Below are positions 13,701 through 26,860 of a DNA stretch of 64,000 nucleotides, in pieces; positions within the stretch are counted from its first letter, which is position 1, and each line of letters opens with the position of its first letter. Position numbers and translations under genes: made by a program. This DNA comes from Proteromonas lacertae (taxonomy: Eukaryota). The stretch covers positions 62,001-126,000 of the forward strand of contig NGBS01000011.1 of assembly GCA_002245135.1 (NCBI GenBank), given 5' to 3'. Below the pieces are notes generated by a model that saw nothing but the letters and a program-made list of their open reading frames with translations, did no database searches and was not told the origin of the DNA.

Positions 13701-16453
13701 AGTCACAATTACAATAGAAATGTTGAGATTTTTACAAATTCAAAGTTTATTTATATTGCCTGTGGTGAAGAAATGGTTTCAAGATTTGGATATTCTAATA
13801 GTGAAATATTAATTACTTTTCCGCCAAATTCATATTTTATAGATAGTTTTTTCCACCAGCTAACAGTAATCACAAAAGGTACTTCAACATTTGATGTAGA
13901 AATAAACAAAGATATAACAATGATCTATTCTACTCTTTTAGGTGGAATATATTATATTCCAAGTACAAGTGAAATGGTTTATACATCTTTTGAAATATGG
14001 AAAGAAGTTACAACAAAATTAGATACATTTGATGTGGAAGAAATAAGAAGAAGTTTATATAATTATGGATATTTCGGTGCAACAGGTCCAATTACCATAT
14101 TGAGCAATAATTTTGTTTCAAGAAGAATGTTTTATGGAAAATATAATTCGTATTTAAAAATGATTGAAGTAATTTCATCACCAACTTCACAAATTTTACC
14201 TCATAATATAAGAGAAAAACCTTTCATATGTGATTGTCAATCAAAACAAGAATGTTCAGTGGATGATTATAAAGAAAAGTATTATCAAGTAATAATTGTG
14301 TATGATGAGAAAGAAATAAAAGCATCAATTATCTTGGCTGTCGTTACATTATTATCTCAAATAAACGAAGAAAATAATAAATATATGGAGTTTAACAATT
14401 ACAACAGAATTATGGTATCACATATAATAATCATTAGAAATGGAATAATACCAGAAGAAGAATATAACAATTATATAGTAGATGAAAGAACAGTTGCATT
14501 ATTAGGATGTATGTCTATCCAATGCAAAGAAATCGTTACACCAATTGCTGATAAATACAAAATACCATTTTTTTATATAGGAAAGTATTATCCAACCTAT
14601 TCTCCATATACTTTTTATTTTGGTATAAATATTGATACATCTATAATTTCATTAATCAAATATTTAAAGTCAATTGGATTAAATACCATAATAGTTATTG
14701 AGAATAGAGATGATATAAAACTAGATAATATTGAAAATGATTTCATTCCATATACAGATATAATTTCAAGATTAACTTCTCATTCTGAAAGATATGATTT
14801 TGATTTAATAATAAATGGTTACTATTATGTAGAGATTAATGAAACATATTCTAACTTGAATTATGTTATGTCTCATTTAGAGGCAATAAATGACAGTATA
14901 GTATTAATTAATTTCCTTAATGGAGAGAATCTGAATCAGTTTCTAGGTAAATATTATACTTCAAAAATCAAAACAAATATAGTTACAAATATATTTATGT
15001 CATTTAATTCTTATGATATTGATGAAAACATTCGTCATTATTTAGAAGGGAATTTAGTTATGCAAATGTATACTGCTGATCCATCTTCATTAACTTCAAT
15101 GATTTCTGTATTTGAGTTTCACAATTCTTTTGGGAATTTATTAAGAATATCTGATCCAATGGTTTCGCTTATGATCAGTATTGATTGTTTGTTCTTTTCG
15201 TTAAAAGAGATGTTGAAAATTGATATAGATTCTTATTCTCATAATGAAATACGTAAAGTTGGAGAATATGTAAGATTTTTAGCATATAAATATGATAGTG
15301 GAAATAATTGTATAATTATTTATATTCTAATCTTTCATTAGATAAATATTTCTTTCAAACATCAAATATTTTATATCATGAATTAAGTCTTGCATTAATT
15401 ACAAATCCATTTGGTTATAGAATTATTGAATCATATGCTCCAGTTGATGAGAATATGAATCATTATGATTATGGTCCAGCAGATATTATTTACAAAATTG
15501 AAACAGTTACAAAAGCAATAATCATTTCTGCAGTTGCAATATTCTTTATAATAATGTTAACAACAATGATTTATTTAATAAAAACAAGAGAAAACAAAAT
15601 ATATAAAACAGTTGGATATAAATATGCATTGATATTAATAATCATGAATATGTTTATCAATGTTTTACCAATTATATTCATTATTCAGCCTATTACAAAA
15701 TATGTGTGTTACCTTCGATATTATTTATTAAGTTACTTTTTATTAACGTTATTGTCCTTATTATACAATCGTGCAGCAGTAATAGCGAAAGTAACAGGCA
15801 ATCGAACTTATTTTAGAGTAAGATTGAGTGAAACACAACAAATATTGAGCATTATGTATCCAATTTTGTTGTTTACTATTATAACAATAATATTTCGCAT
15901 TATTAATGGCTCTGAAGTAACAAGAAGGTTAGATCACAGCAGTTTATTTGCAAATGTTTATTTAGAATATTGTACAACATTAACATATGAATTTGGAATA
16001 ATGACTTGCTGTTTATATATTTATGTATTGTATGGCTTCAAACTAGGATGGGATATAAGGTATGTTGGTAATGGTTATTTCTGCTCAACTATTATTACTA
16101 TTAATTTTGTTTTAATTATTGCCGGAGTTATTTTAATACCAACATTTAGTATAATTGGTGGAATGGATAAAGAAAAAAGCTTGATATGGGTTTGGGTTTG
16201 TTTAGTTTTTTCAGTAGCTATTTGGTTTTGCATATTTGGGCGTATATATTAATAAAATTTTATTTAATAGAATTAATTTATTACATTAAAAAAGATGATA
16301 GTAGTAAAACAACTTTTTCTGAAGCATTATCATATCTTTTTTTTTCAATTTACTTATGTAGTTATGTCTATTTAATTAATATTTAATCCAGTCGAATATT
16401 CTTCAAGATTTTCAATGAATAGCATAGAATTCAAAACTAATGATTCAGATTAA
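4797..16453 (+). CDS. Giant class C (GABA-B/mGluR-like) GPCR-like receptor: signal peptide, ~9 tandem periplasmic-binding-protein type I (UrtA/AmiC-like) modules, 7TM domain
   Basis: Consecutive + strand ORFs joined by short GT-AG introns; hydrophobic N-terminus; module 8 IKVGILYN...KIQPYI...INFIFGGFFSVC...LLVFYTG...CDRHIIQMGPTPSQII resembles UrtA/AmiC; 15308-16252 has class C-type TMs (IKTRENKIYK, VCYLRYYLL, YLEYC, GWDIRYV). Confidence 0.8.
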
Positions 16454-16830
16454 TGTGTAATATATCTTAACACCCGTTTTTATTTATTATTTTACATTAT
16501 ATTGACAATATCCATCACAAAAACTTAATAGAGAGATGAAATTGATGCTAAAATAAAAATGATCAAAAGAATAATCAAATATTAGCATATATTACTAAGA
16601 ACTGCTTGAATTTACTGATATATTCAAAGATCTAACGCACATTTTTAGAATTAAAGAAATGAATTCTATTCTTTCTTTTCTGGAATTATTATATAAATTT
16701 CATCACTTATTGATAAACTATTATCTAGTACCCAACATAAACTTAATGAATATAAAACAGTATTATATATAAATGTAAATGAAACGAAATGAAAGTATAA
16801 CGTATATAATTTTATATAATAAATAGTATA

Positions 16831-17931
16831 TTACGAAGAATTACTGGTATTGGATGTAATATTGTTTTGATCTACACTTTCTTTATCTAGAGAGATAAAT
16901 GAATCACATCTCCCTTTATTGACTTTATGATGTTTTTCTTTTTCTTCATTATCTGTGGGATATGATATAGCAACATCATATAGAACACTATAATTTGAAA
17001 TAAATTTATAAGAATCAGGATTTAGTTCATGTAATAGATTTCTATAATCTGATTCATATGGACATGATTTATGAGTGAATAATACTCGACTTAAATGTTC
17101 ACATTTCGTTTCTACTAACTTTGAACCAAGAATCTGCAAATCTAAGTCTTTGAATATTCTTATTCTATTTGTTATTTCTAAGTATAATTCTGATGTAATA
17201 ACATCTTTTATCAGGGCCTTTTTAATGTTACATAAAAACGATTTAAAATATGAATTGTCTTTCAATAACATACACACATTATCTATATACACTCCACCAC
17301 TACCACGTATAACACTAGATATAAAATATGTATAACATATACTCTTCATTGAATGAAAGTATTGTTTCTTCATCCCTATAATAGGATAAGAATTGAATCA
17401 ACTGATTTAATGATATTTCATAATTGGGATTTGTACCACATATAGACAATAACACTATTCATAATACAATAATGAATAATACATTTCACTAAATTTTCAA
17501 AAGTGCAGAAACCAAACACGTATATGAATATCAAAAAGGTATTAAAATCAACTTTTAAACCTAATATAGTAATTGTATAAATGTTATACCATAAACTTTA
17601 AAAAATTTGTCAAATACTGGTGAACTGTTTAAGCCAAGCTTAGAAATGAAATCATTAGCTTTGATATAAGAATGTGTCTGGTTTGAACTCCACATGAACA
17701 GGTATTTTTTCTGAAAGTATGAGATATCGAGGTAGTTTACTACAGTAAATATAATCATTCTATACAACATAAAATATATGCTATATTGAGAGAAGTTGAG
17801 TTGATATGCAGCTGTGGATTGGTCACATTATGGTACATGCTTTTTTTCTTGTAAAACTTCATAGCCAGCTTCTATATTTTTAAATAAAGAAAATATTTTA
17901 CCATTTTTTTTATTTCTTCTATTTCATCCAT
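16831..17931 (-). CDS. Degenerate EF-hand (calcineurin B/NCS-like) family, copy A
   Basis: Spliced MDEIEEIKKM|KLAMKFYKKK...IKANDFISKLGLNSSPVFDKFFKVYG|LKVDFNTFLIFIYVF...EISLNQLIQFL; ~25-30 nt introns. Confidence 0.65.
17037..17853. repeat. 817 bp near-identical direct repeat of 18681-19497
   Basis: Offset 1644; one mismatch noticed (17336 C vs 18980 T). Confidence 0.9.
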
Positions 17932-18836
17932 TGCAATATCAAAAAATTTTATTACTACTAAAAACCAATTTCTTTATCGTTACTAAAGAACATTAGAAAA
18001 AAAGCATAGGAATAGTAGGAAAATAAATTATAAATCAAATAACTAACATAATATACTAGATTATATCACTCTAGTAGACATTTCTAATAATTTTTCTAAA
18101 CATAAGAATATTGGTGATAATTTATGGCTTATACCTCAACCATATTCTACAAATAACAGTGCACAAGCGAATCCATCACCTAACCTACGAAATCCAAATA
18201 TAATTATACCCTTTGTTGGTTTAAATTTTATCAATCAACAAGTTAATATTCTTAGAAACAAATAATCTTAATTTTAATAACTTCAACCAACTTTTGTTAT
18301 TTTTGCTTTAATTTAGTCACATAACACAAGGCTATTACATTATTATTTATTTATGATTACTTCTTAATCATTTCCCTACACACAATAGAAGTAAAAATTC
18401 AAAAAATTAAAAATAAGATAAAATAGAAGAAGGTAAATCGAAAAAAATCTAGAATCTATATACATACATTACATAGAATTGCATGAATTTAACGATATAT
18501 TCATATCACTAACATTCATTTTGTTAAGTGAAATAAAAGAGTTATTTTCACAACTTTTTTCTTTATAATCTTTATAACTTTTCATTCTTTCTTCTTTTAT
18601 AGGATATAACCTACAAATATCATTTAAAATGTTAAATATGGAGATAATCTGTCCAGAATTTGGATTAATTACATTTAATTGATTTCTATAATCTGATTCA
18701 TATGGACATGATTTATGAGTGAATAATACTCGACTTAAATGTTCACATTTCGTTTCTACTAACTTTGAACCAAGAATCTGCAAATCTAAGTCTTTGAATA
18801 TTCTTATTCTATTTGTTATTTCTAAGTATAATTCTG
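17850..18836. repeat. ~987 bp near-identical direct repeat of 24606-25592
   Basis: Offset 6756, consistent at both ends. Confidence 0.9.
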
Positions 18837-19583
18837 ATGTAATAACATCTTTTATCAGGGCCTTTTTAATGTTACATAAAAACGATTTAAAATATGAATT
18901 GTCTTTCAATAACATACACACATTATCTATATACACTCCACCACTACCACGTATAACACTAGATATAAAATATGTATAATATATACTCTTCATTGAATGA
19001 AAGTATTGTTTCTTCATCCCTATAATAGGATAAGAATTGAATCAACTGATTTAATGATATTTCATAATTGGGATTTGTACCACATATAGACAATAACACT
19101 ATTCATAATACAATAATGAATAATACATTTCACTAAATTTTCAAAAGTGCAGAAACCAAACACGTATATGAATATCAAAAAGGTATTAAAATCAACTTTT
19201 AAACCTAATATAGTAATTGTATAAATGTTATACCATAAACTTTAAAAAATTTGTCAAATACTGGTGAACTGTTTAAGCCAAGCTTAGAAATGAAATCATT
19301 AGCTTTGATATAAGAATGTGTCTGGTTTGAACTCCACATGAACAGGTATTTTTTCTGAAAGTATGAGATATCGAGGTAGTTTACTACAGTAAATATAATC
19401 ATTCTATACAACATAAAATATATGCTATATTGAGAGAAGTTGAGTTGATATGCAGCTGTGGATTGGTCACATTATGGTACATGCTTTTTTTCTTGTACAC
19501 TATAAGAATTCTAATCTATTTTGCAAATAGGACTTATATACTTGACCCAAGCTGGGCTCGTTGAATTTTGACTTTAACACCAT
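18469..19583 (-). CDS. EF-hand family copy B: chimera (3' end from copy C, middle from copy A) with a putative transposon-derived first exon
   Basis: Identity blocks with A and C; ATG 19583 MVLKSKFNEPSLGQ, 26-nt GT-AG intron, then IRILIVYKKKSMYHN in the copy A frame. Confidence 0.6.
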
Positions 19584-20292
19584 TTTCTTTTCGTTTTTTA
19601 ATTGTCTTTAAGTTTGAATAAAAAGCCAATACTCTACACATCTATTAATTACATGTTGAAGTTTGTATTTAGCTATAAATTAAAAATATCAAATTTTAAT
19701 GCTTTTTAGATAGACTTTTAATAGAAATTCCAACTCGACAGAACCAACAATATTTCTAAATTAAGTAATATTTCATAACTAAATTCGCTTGCTATTAGTA
19801 AACTATCAAACACTGGGCAATCACTTTGTACCGAAGACTTAATAGAGTTCTTGAATTATTTTTATAGATAATATATAAATTGTAAATCTATGTGAGTAAA
19901 GCTAAGAAAATATCTCCTTGTATATAAATGAAATTTCAAAATTTGAAGATCTATTCTAATTAGTTGTTATATAGTTACATCTAATGTTAAAACGTATAAT
20001 TATATAATTTATATTGTGTTGTATGCAGCATCTAAGTAGTATTGTAGAAAAAGTGATAAGCAACCTATATTACAAATAACTTCAGATTGAATATTCATTT
20101 ATTTGATTTATAATAGAGAAATTAATACACATTCATTAGTATATGAAGAGAAAAGTGAGAAAATAAAAAAAGTAAAAGAAGTAAAAATACATGTAATTGT
20201 CATCTTTTAATGTAATTTAATTATAATTTCAAATATTGTAATTTGTAATTTTAACATTTTTATTATCTTTAAACATGACTATATTTGCTAAT

Positions 20293-21700
20293 TAATATCG
20301 TAAAGGCTTGAATGTTTCTTTTAAATGTAAATTCTTTATTGTTTTTATTGAGTTTAATTGCTTCAATAACTTATTTACTTTATCTTGAGATATAGAATTC
20401 TTCAGAAAGAAATAGTATAAGTATAAAAATAATTTTTCTTTATCATTATCGCCATTTCTACCTTCATATTCACTATCTCTATCATCATATAATACTGAAT
20501 CATCTAATATTTCATCGTTATTATCTTCATCATATACATTATTATTTCTATTAGAAATGTCATTCTTTGTTATAATATTAAGAATATTATAATCTTCATC
20601 ATTAGTATTATCATCATTGTCACAACTATCTGTTTCATCTTATTCGTTACTTATATTATTATTATCTACACCTATTCTTTTATTATTGTGTGTATCTTCT
20701 TATTAATTACTTTTTCTCTTCTTTTTCTTTTTCCTCTATTCATTACACTATCAATATTTATTTCATCTAGTGAAATATAATGAACTTTATCTTCTACAGG
20801 TATTGAATAATGTACTTACCTTTTCTATATTCTTCATTAATTGTTTCTTTAATTTTCAAAAACTCTATAACAGATGATTTATTGTTTCTACTTGCTCTTG
20901 TAACATACCCTTTACTTTGTATTGTATAATTATATGACAATATTCTATCAATTATAACTTGTGTTAAATAATAAGGAAAATCAAATATTCCATATCTTCC
21001 ACTGATTTTTTACTAGTATAATTTCTTTTGAATTAAAATGGATTGATAGAATCTATATCATTAATACTACTTACCATTTTTTTATCACAATTGATTGTTT
21101 TTCCCTTTATTACATTAAAACTTTTATAGAATTGAGGATAATATAATTTCTCTATTATAACCTCTTCATTTACTTTCTTTATAATTTCTCTATCCAACTT
21201 TCCAAAATCTCTGTATTTATAATTAATTCTTTTATAACAATCAATTAACTTATAAAACAATGGTATATTTCTTTCTACATTTGTAGTAATTACTTTACTG
21301 AAATATATAAAAGCTAGAAATAGAAAGTTATCAATTACTTTATCCATTATTACATCTTTTTCATTATTATAGAAAAGAAAATCTTCATTTTTATTATTTA
21401 AATTTTGTCTTAAGTAATATTGAACCACTTTTGTAGATATGAATTGATTATTTTAATTATAATAACATTAAATCTTAACAATGTAATGATGATGGATGGT
21501 TTGTCTGTTTAAAAATATATATTTACTTTCTTATTATTGTATATATTAATTAATTCATCAATATTTGTGAATTATTCATAAAAAACTACCTCATAATATT
21601 TTTGAGTATTTTCATTGAAATTATAAATAGTATCATCAACTACTAACACGTTATAAGAATTAATATAATAAACATCATCATGTATTATATTAGAGTATAA
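20293..21700 (-). pseudogene. Decayed coding sequence inside the element, possibly a transposase remnant
   Basis: Broken frames; acidic tract followed by KLFLYLYYFFLKNSISQDKVNKLLKQLN, reminiscent of EnSpm transposase N-termini; ORF 21033-21428; no DDE core seen. Confidence 0.35.
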
Positions 21701-22639
21701 TTGATCCTCTTTTATTCTTTTTTATTCTTTTTTATTTTTTCATTATAAAGTAATATAATATATATCTATATAATAATAATAATAATAACAGTAATAGTAA
21801 TAATCTTTATAACTTACTGTTATAATAAGCCAAAGGGGGGAAAAATCGTTATCCTGACAAATAGTCAGTGGCTTAGGTATCTATTATTACATTTATAATG
21901 GATGAGTATTAGTCACCATTATCTGTTTCTATTATAATAACCATACATCAAATGTATAGGAAGCTTTTATTTTACCTGTATATCAGTTTATAATAACACT
22001 AATTCAAATAATCATTAGCTAATGATACTTTTGCATATAACATATTCGGTGTTATCTTAGTTGTTGTAATATCCAACCTAAATAAGAAACAAATCCAATT
22101 CGAACATTTACTACTGAATTAATAGTATAAACACGTGGAAGTTTGTAATATTCTCTTAGGTTCATCATATTCTCTCTTCTCTTCACTTCCTATATTCATA
22201 ATTTGCATAACCAAGTCGAAAAATTACTCACTATACTCATTCTACTCACATGATAGTAATTTGTTGTAACATTAGTATAAATACAATCACATATAAAATA
22301 ATTCCTTGAATCTATTGAAATTTGATTTTTTAGACAATAACTTTTATAGCAAATAGATTAATTTGCATATTTACTTTCTCTTAACCACCTTTCACTTCAC
22401 ATTTTTACTTGGATATTTATTTCAACCATCTTTATGTGAATCAAACATCAAATTGACATGTACACTATATATTATTACCTATTCACTATAATAAAAATAA
22501 TCTAAACTTATACATTCATTTAATTTCTCAAAACTGGAAGTCTGAAACGAATATAATTTTTGAAATACACTTTAATTCTTTTTTCTTCTGTTGTGTTATG
22601 AGTATATATAGTATATAATTTTATATAGAATATAACAAT

Positions 22640-24100
22640 GGTAGCACAAGTGTTGTTATTACAGATAAATAATAGACAAAACAATACAAAGAGCAGGAAT
22701 TGATTATAATTGTTGAAGGAAGTATAATATTATCATATATGTTAATTAGATTAAAGTTTTAATAATTAAAAATCAAAGATATTATAACTAAGGGAAGAAT
22801 TAAGAACATTTGAAGAAAAAAATACAACTATCAGCTTTGATTTAGTCTGTCTTACTAAAGCTCATCAACTACATATACAAACTCTTACCTTGCTAATACA
22901 TTTGGCACTTTTGATATACAACATATTATTGAAGTTATAAGTAGTAGGAAATTCAACTATTTCTGTTAATTTAGCATATTGGTATTATAGCAATTATCAT
23001 ATATATAATCATTAATAGGTTATCTAAATTAGGTGTCAGACTAGGATAATTAGAATATAAACCAAGTTTACCATCAACGATTAATCCAACAAATACAAAT
23101 AAGTATAATTGTTATTATAATATAAAATAGTAAAGTCTGATGATGAAGAAGCTAAGATGAATTAGTATATTTTTTATAATTATTTTTGTTAGGATGAATT
23201 ATTAGGTATGTTTATTCAACAATTGGTGTAATTTCTGGTGTTGCCAAAACAGTAACTGTAGAAAAGACATATATCGTGATTACAACAATTCATTCGATGA
23301 GAACACCAAAATTAAGTATGATGATAAGAATATTCTGATTTTATTTTATTTATTTATAGTAATTAAAAAACTTGGAAGCTTCTAAATCATATTATTTATT
23401 GAATCAAGTTAATGATAATCCTATATTTAAGAAGTATTTGATCTATTATTTACTCTATTAGTTTTTACTCCATTATATGAAAATAACATTTGGTGGATTT
23501 GTATATAGTGGTATTATTGAGTTAGTATATCCAGTATTATTTTAATTATTTTATAATAGGTAAATGAATATATTCTTATAAGTATATTAGTATATTATTC
23601 TTATTTATATATTGTTAGTAGAGTATTGAATATAATTTCAATAATTCAAAGTATATTCTTATTTATATATTATCATTAGATGAATTGCATTAGAATTCCA
23701 GGTGAAGAACAGTAGAAACATCCAGTTTATATATTATATTTTATAATTAGAAAAAGTATAACTATTTTAGTATATTATATTTTATTATGGCTGTTTAGCA
23801 TTGTACTAATCGATGAAAAGCAGAGAACATCAGCAACGTGCATGTTAAGCTATACTGGTATGTTTTAATTTGTTATTATGTTTATAGATATTATAGATGA
23901 TTATATAAGTATTATAGTTATTTTTATATTTTAATAGTTATTTTATTAGAATAGCAACAGAATTCCAGGGGAGAAGAATATTGATTCAGTAATTTATCTA
24001 TAATATATGTTATACAGTGTATTTATGGGGTTTAGCTATTCAGATTAACATAATAGTACAGCATATAGTGCTGGCATGAAAAATATTTTGATATCTTCTT
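22640..24100 (+). pseudogene. Decayed fragments of a putative-Ig (He_PIG-like) surface protein inside the element
   Basis: STIGVISGVAKTVTVEKTYIVITT near 23215, intron-like AT tracts, many stops. Confidence 0.45.
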
Positions 24101-24607
24101 AATTAGAAGCAATTAGTCAAAAATAGCAATATGACTCTATTTAACTACACACACATACATCAAAAATCACATAATATCACGATTACATTCAATTACCTAG
24201 TCAAAATTAATATTGTCCTTTCTGGAATACTCCTATAATATACATATCGTATATAGGTAGTGATTACGTATAAAATTTATTAACATATTTCAGTCCCTAT
24301 TAGCCAAATACGTGGTATTTAAAATCAGTACAGTTCGAGATGTATTATAGTTTTTAAAGCTAATAAATTATATAAATCAAATAAAAATATATCAATGTTA
24401 TTATTTATGTTTGTTGTTATTCAATTATAATGTAAAATATCAAAAACAGACGAATGACATGAAAGAGGTAATTATGAAACTAAGTATACTATGATAAAGC
24501 TCAAAGCATGATACATCGTTTGACAAATTTTTACTATTTTATTCCTTATAGTTATTGAGAAAAATCTATTTAAAGTCACAAAAAGCACTTAGAAAATTCT
24601 TATCGTG

Positions 24608-24687
24608 TAAAACTTCATAGCCAGCTTCTATATTTTTAAATAAAGAAAATATTTTACCATTTTTTTTATTTCTTCTATTTCATCCAT
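24608..24687 (-). pseudogene. Orphaned original 5' exon and intron of copy B, separated by the transposon
   Basis: Identical to the copy A 5' end (MDEIEEIKKM|KLAMKF). Confidence 0.8.
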
Positions 24688-25224
24688 TGCAATATCAAAA
24701 AATTTTATTACTACTAAAAACCAATTTCTTTATCGTTACTAAAGAACATTAGAAAAAAAGCATAGGAATAGTAGGAAAATAAATTATAAATCAAATAACT
24801 AACATAATATACTAGATTATATCACTCTAGTAGACATTTCTAATAATTTTTCTAAACATAAGAATATTGGTGATAATTTATGGCTTATACCTCAACCATA
24901 TTCTACAAATAACAGTGCACAAGCGAATCCATCACCTAACCTACGAAATCCAAATATAATTATACCCTTTGTTGGTTTAAATTTTATCAATCAACAAGTT
25001 AATATTCTTAGAAACAAATAATCTTAATTTTAATAACTTCAACCAACTTTTGTTATTTTTGCTTTAATTTAGTCACATAACACAAGGCTATTACATTATT
25101 ATTTATTTATGATTACTTCTTAATCATTTCCCTACACACAATAGAAGTAAAAATTCAAAAAATTAAAAATAAGATAAAATAGAAGAAGGTAAATCGAAAA
25201 AAATCTAGAATCTATATACATACA

Positions 25225-26329
25225 TTACATAGAATTGCATGAATTTAACGATATATTCATATCACTAACATTCATTTTGTTAAGTGAAATAAAAGAGTTA
25301 TTTTCACAACTTTTTTCTTTATAATCTTTATAACTTTTCATTCTTTCTTCTTTTATAGGATATAACCTACAAATATCATTTAAAATGTTAAATATGGAGA
25401 TAATCTGTCCAGAATTTGGATTAATTACATTTAATTGATTTCTATAATCTGATTCATATGGACATGATTTATGAGTGAATAATACTCGACTTAAATGTTC
25501 ACATTTCGTTTCTACTAACTTTGAACCAAGAATCTGCAAATCTAAGTCTTTGAATATTCTTATTCTATTTGTTATTTCTAAGTATAATTCTGCTGAGATT
25601 ATCTCTTTTACAAGTGTATATTTTATATTGCATAAAAATGATTTAAAATATGAATTATCATTTAACAACTCACACACTTCATCAATATAAATACCACCAC
25701 CACCACTTATAGCACTAGATATAATATAAGTATAACATATACTCTTCACTGAATGAAATAGAAATACAATCACTTTGAAAATATGAGAGAAATTTTACCA
25801 ATTGATTGAGTAGTATTTCAGCACTTGGATTTATACCACATGCGCATAACAATACTATACATAAAAAGGATAATTGAAATACATCTCACTAAATGTTCAA
25901 CAGGACTAAACGCAAACCCATACAAAAATATAAAAAACACATTAAAATCTATTCGTGAATCTATCATAATAGTTATAAGAATTTATACTATTTATTTTGA
26001 AAAATTTGTCAAATAGTAAAGAATTGTTAAATCCAAGCTTATATATAAAATCATGAGCTTTGATGTAAGGATATGCTTGATTTGAACTCCACATAGACAG
26101 GAATTTGTTTTGTAATAGAGATAATTCATGGTAGTTTACTAAAGTAAATATATTCATATATACAACATAAAATATAGGCTATGTTGAGTGAAGTTGAGTT
26201 GATAAGCAGCTGCGGTTTCAGATTATTAAGGAAACTGGTTCTTCTACGGTAATACTTCATAGCTAACTTCTATATTTTATTATAATAAATAAATATTACC
26301 ATTTCATTAATCACTTCTACGTCATTCAT
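25225..26329 (-). CDS. EF-hand family copy C
   Basis: MNDVEVINEM start; same exon pattern; ORFs 25225-25773 and 25942-26157. Confidence 0.7.
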
Positions 26330-26860
26330 AAGATTATAATAGAAAAAAACTTTAAAATAAATCTCAAACCTATTATATGCGGTTTGAGGTTAAATTAAAA
26401 AAATAGAAGAAAGATATGATTAAGAGATTATTATATTATTAACACCTTACACTATGTAGTGCACCAAATTTAGTCATTTCAGTTTTAAATGTAACAGTAC
26501 AAATATATCTTAACCTTAATAGGACAGCAGTTATTGATGTTTTGCAGTTGATTCGTGAGCTACGATGATAAAATTGTTATAAGTATTTTAAATGATATTT
26601 ACATCGATTATCACATTTATATCCATCTAACTGCTGTATTACTAAAACATCTACGTTTCAGTTCAATAAATATTATGTTTTTATACTAGATTTATTATAA
26701 TTTACCTTATTAATGTGTACATCATCAAATTTTTACATTTATTTATAGATATTACCAAACACACAAATTATATAAAGATCTAACTTAAAATCAATATAAG
26801 TAAAATGAAAATGTAAATAGTAAAAGAAGAAATTAACCTAATATAAATGTCACATATACA

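Larger units (their letters stand above)
19498..24607. mobile_element. Non-autonomous CACTA/EnSpm (CMC)-type DNA transposon, 5110 bp, TA target-site duplication
   Basis: Ends CACTATAAGAATT...AATTCTTATCGTG (12/13 inverted match) flanked by TA on both sides; empty site cttgTAaaac preserved in copy A at 17848-17857. Confidence 0.85.

Noticed and set aside
17037..25592. Long direct repeats as LTRs
   Set aside because: They contain host exons and spacer; no gag/pol or TG...CA ends; explained by crossover plus insertion
17075..25690. Repeated plus-strand ORFs MNNTRLKCSHF (17075, 18719, 25475)
   Set aside because: Antisense shadows of the duplicated minus-strand genes
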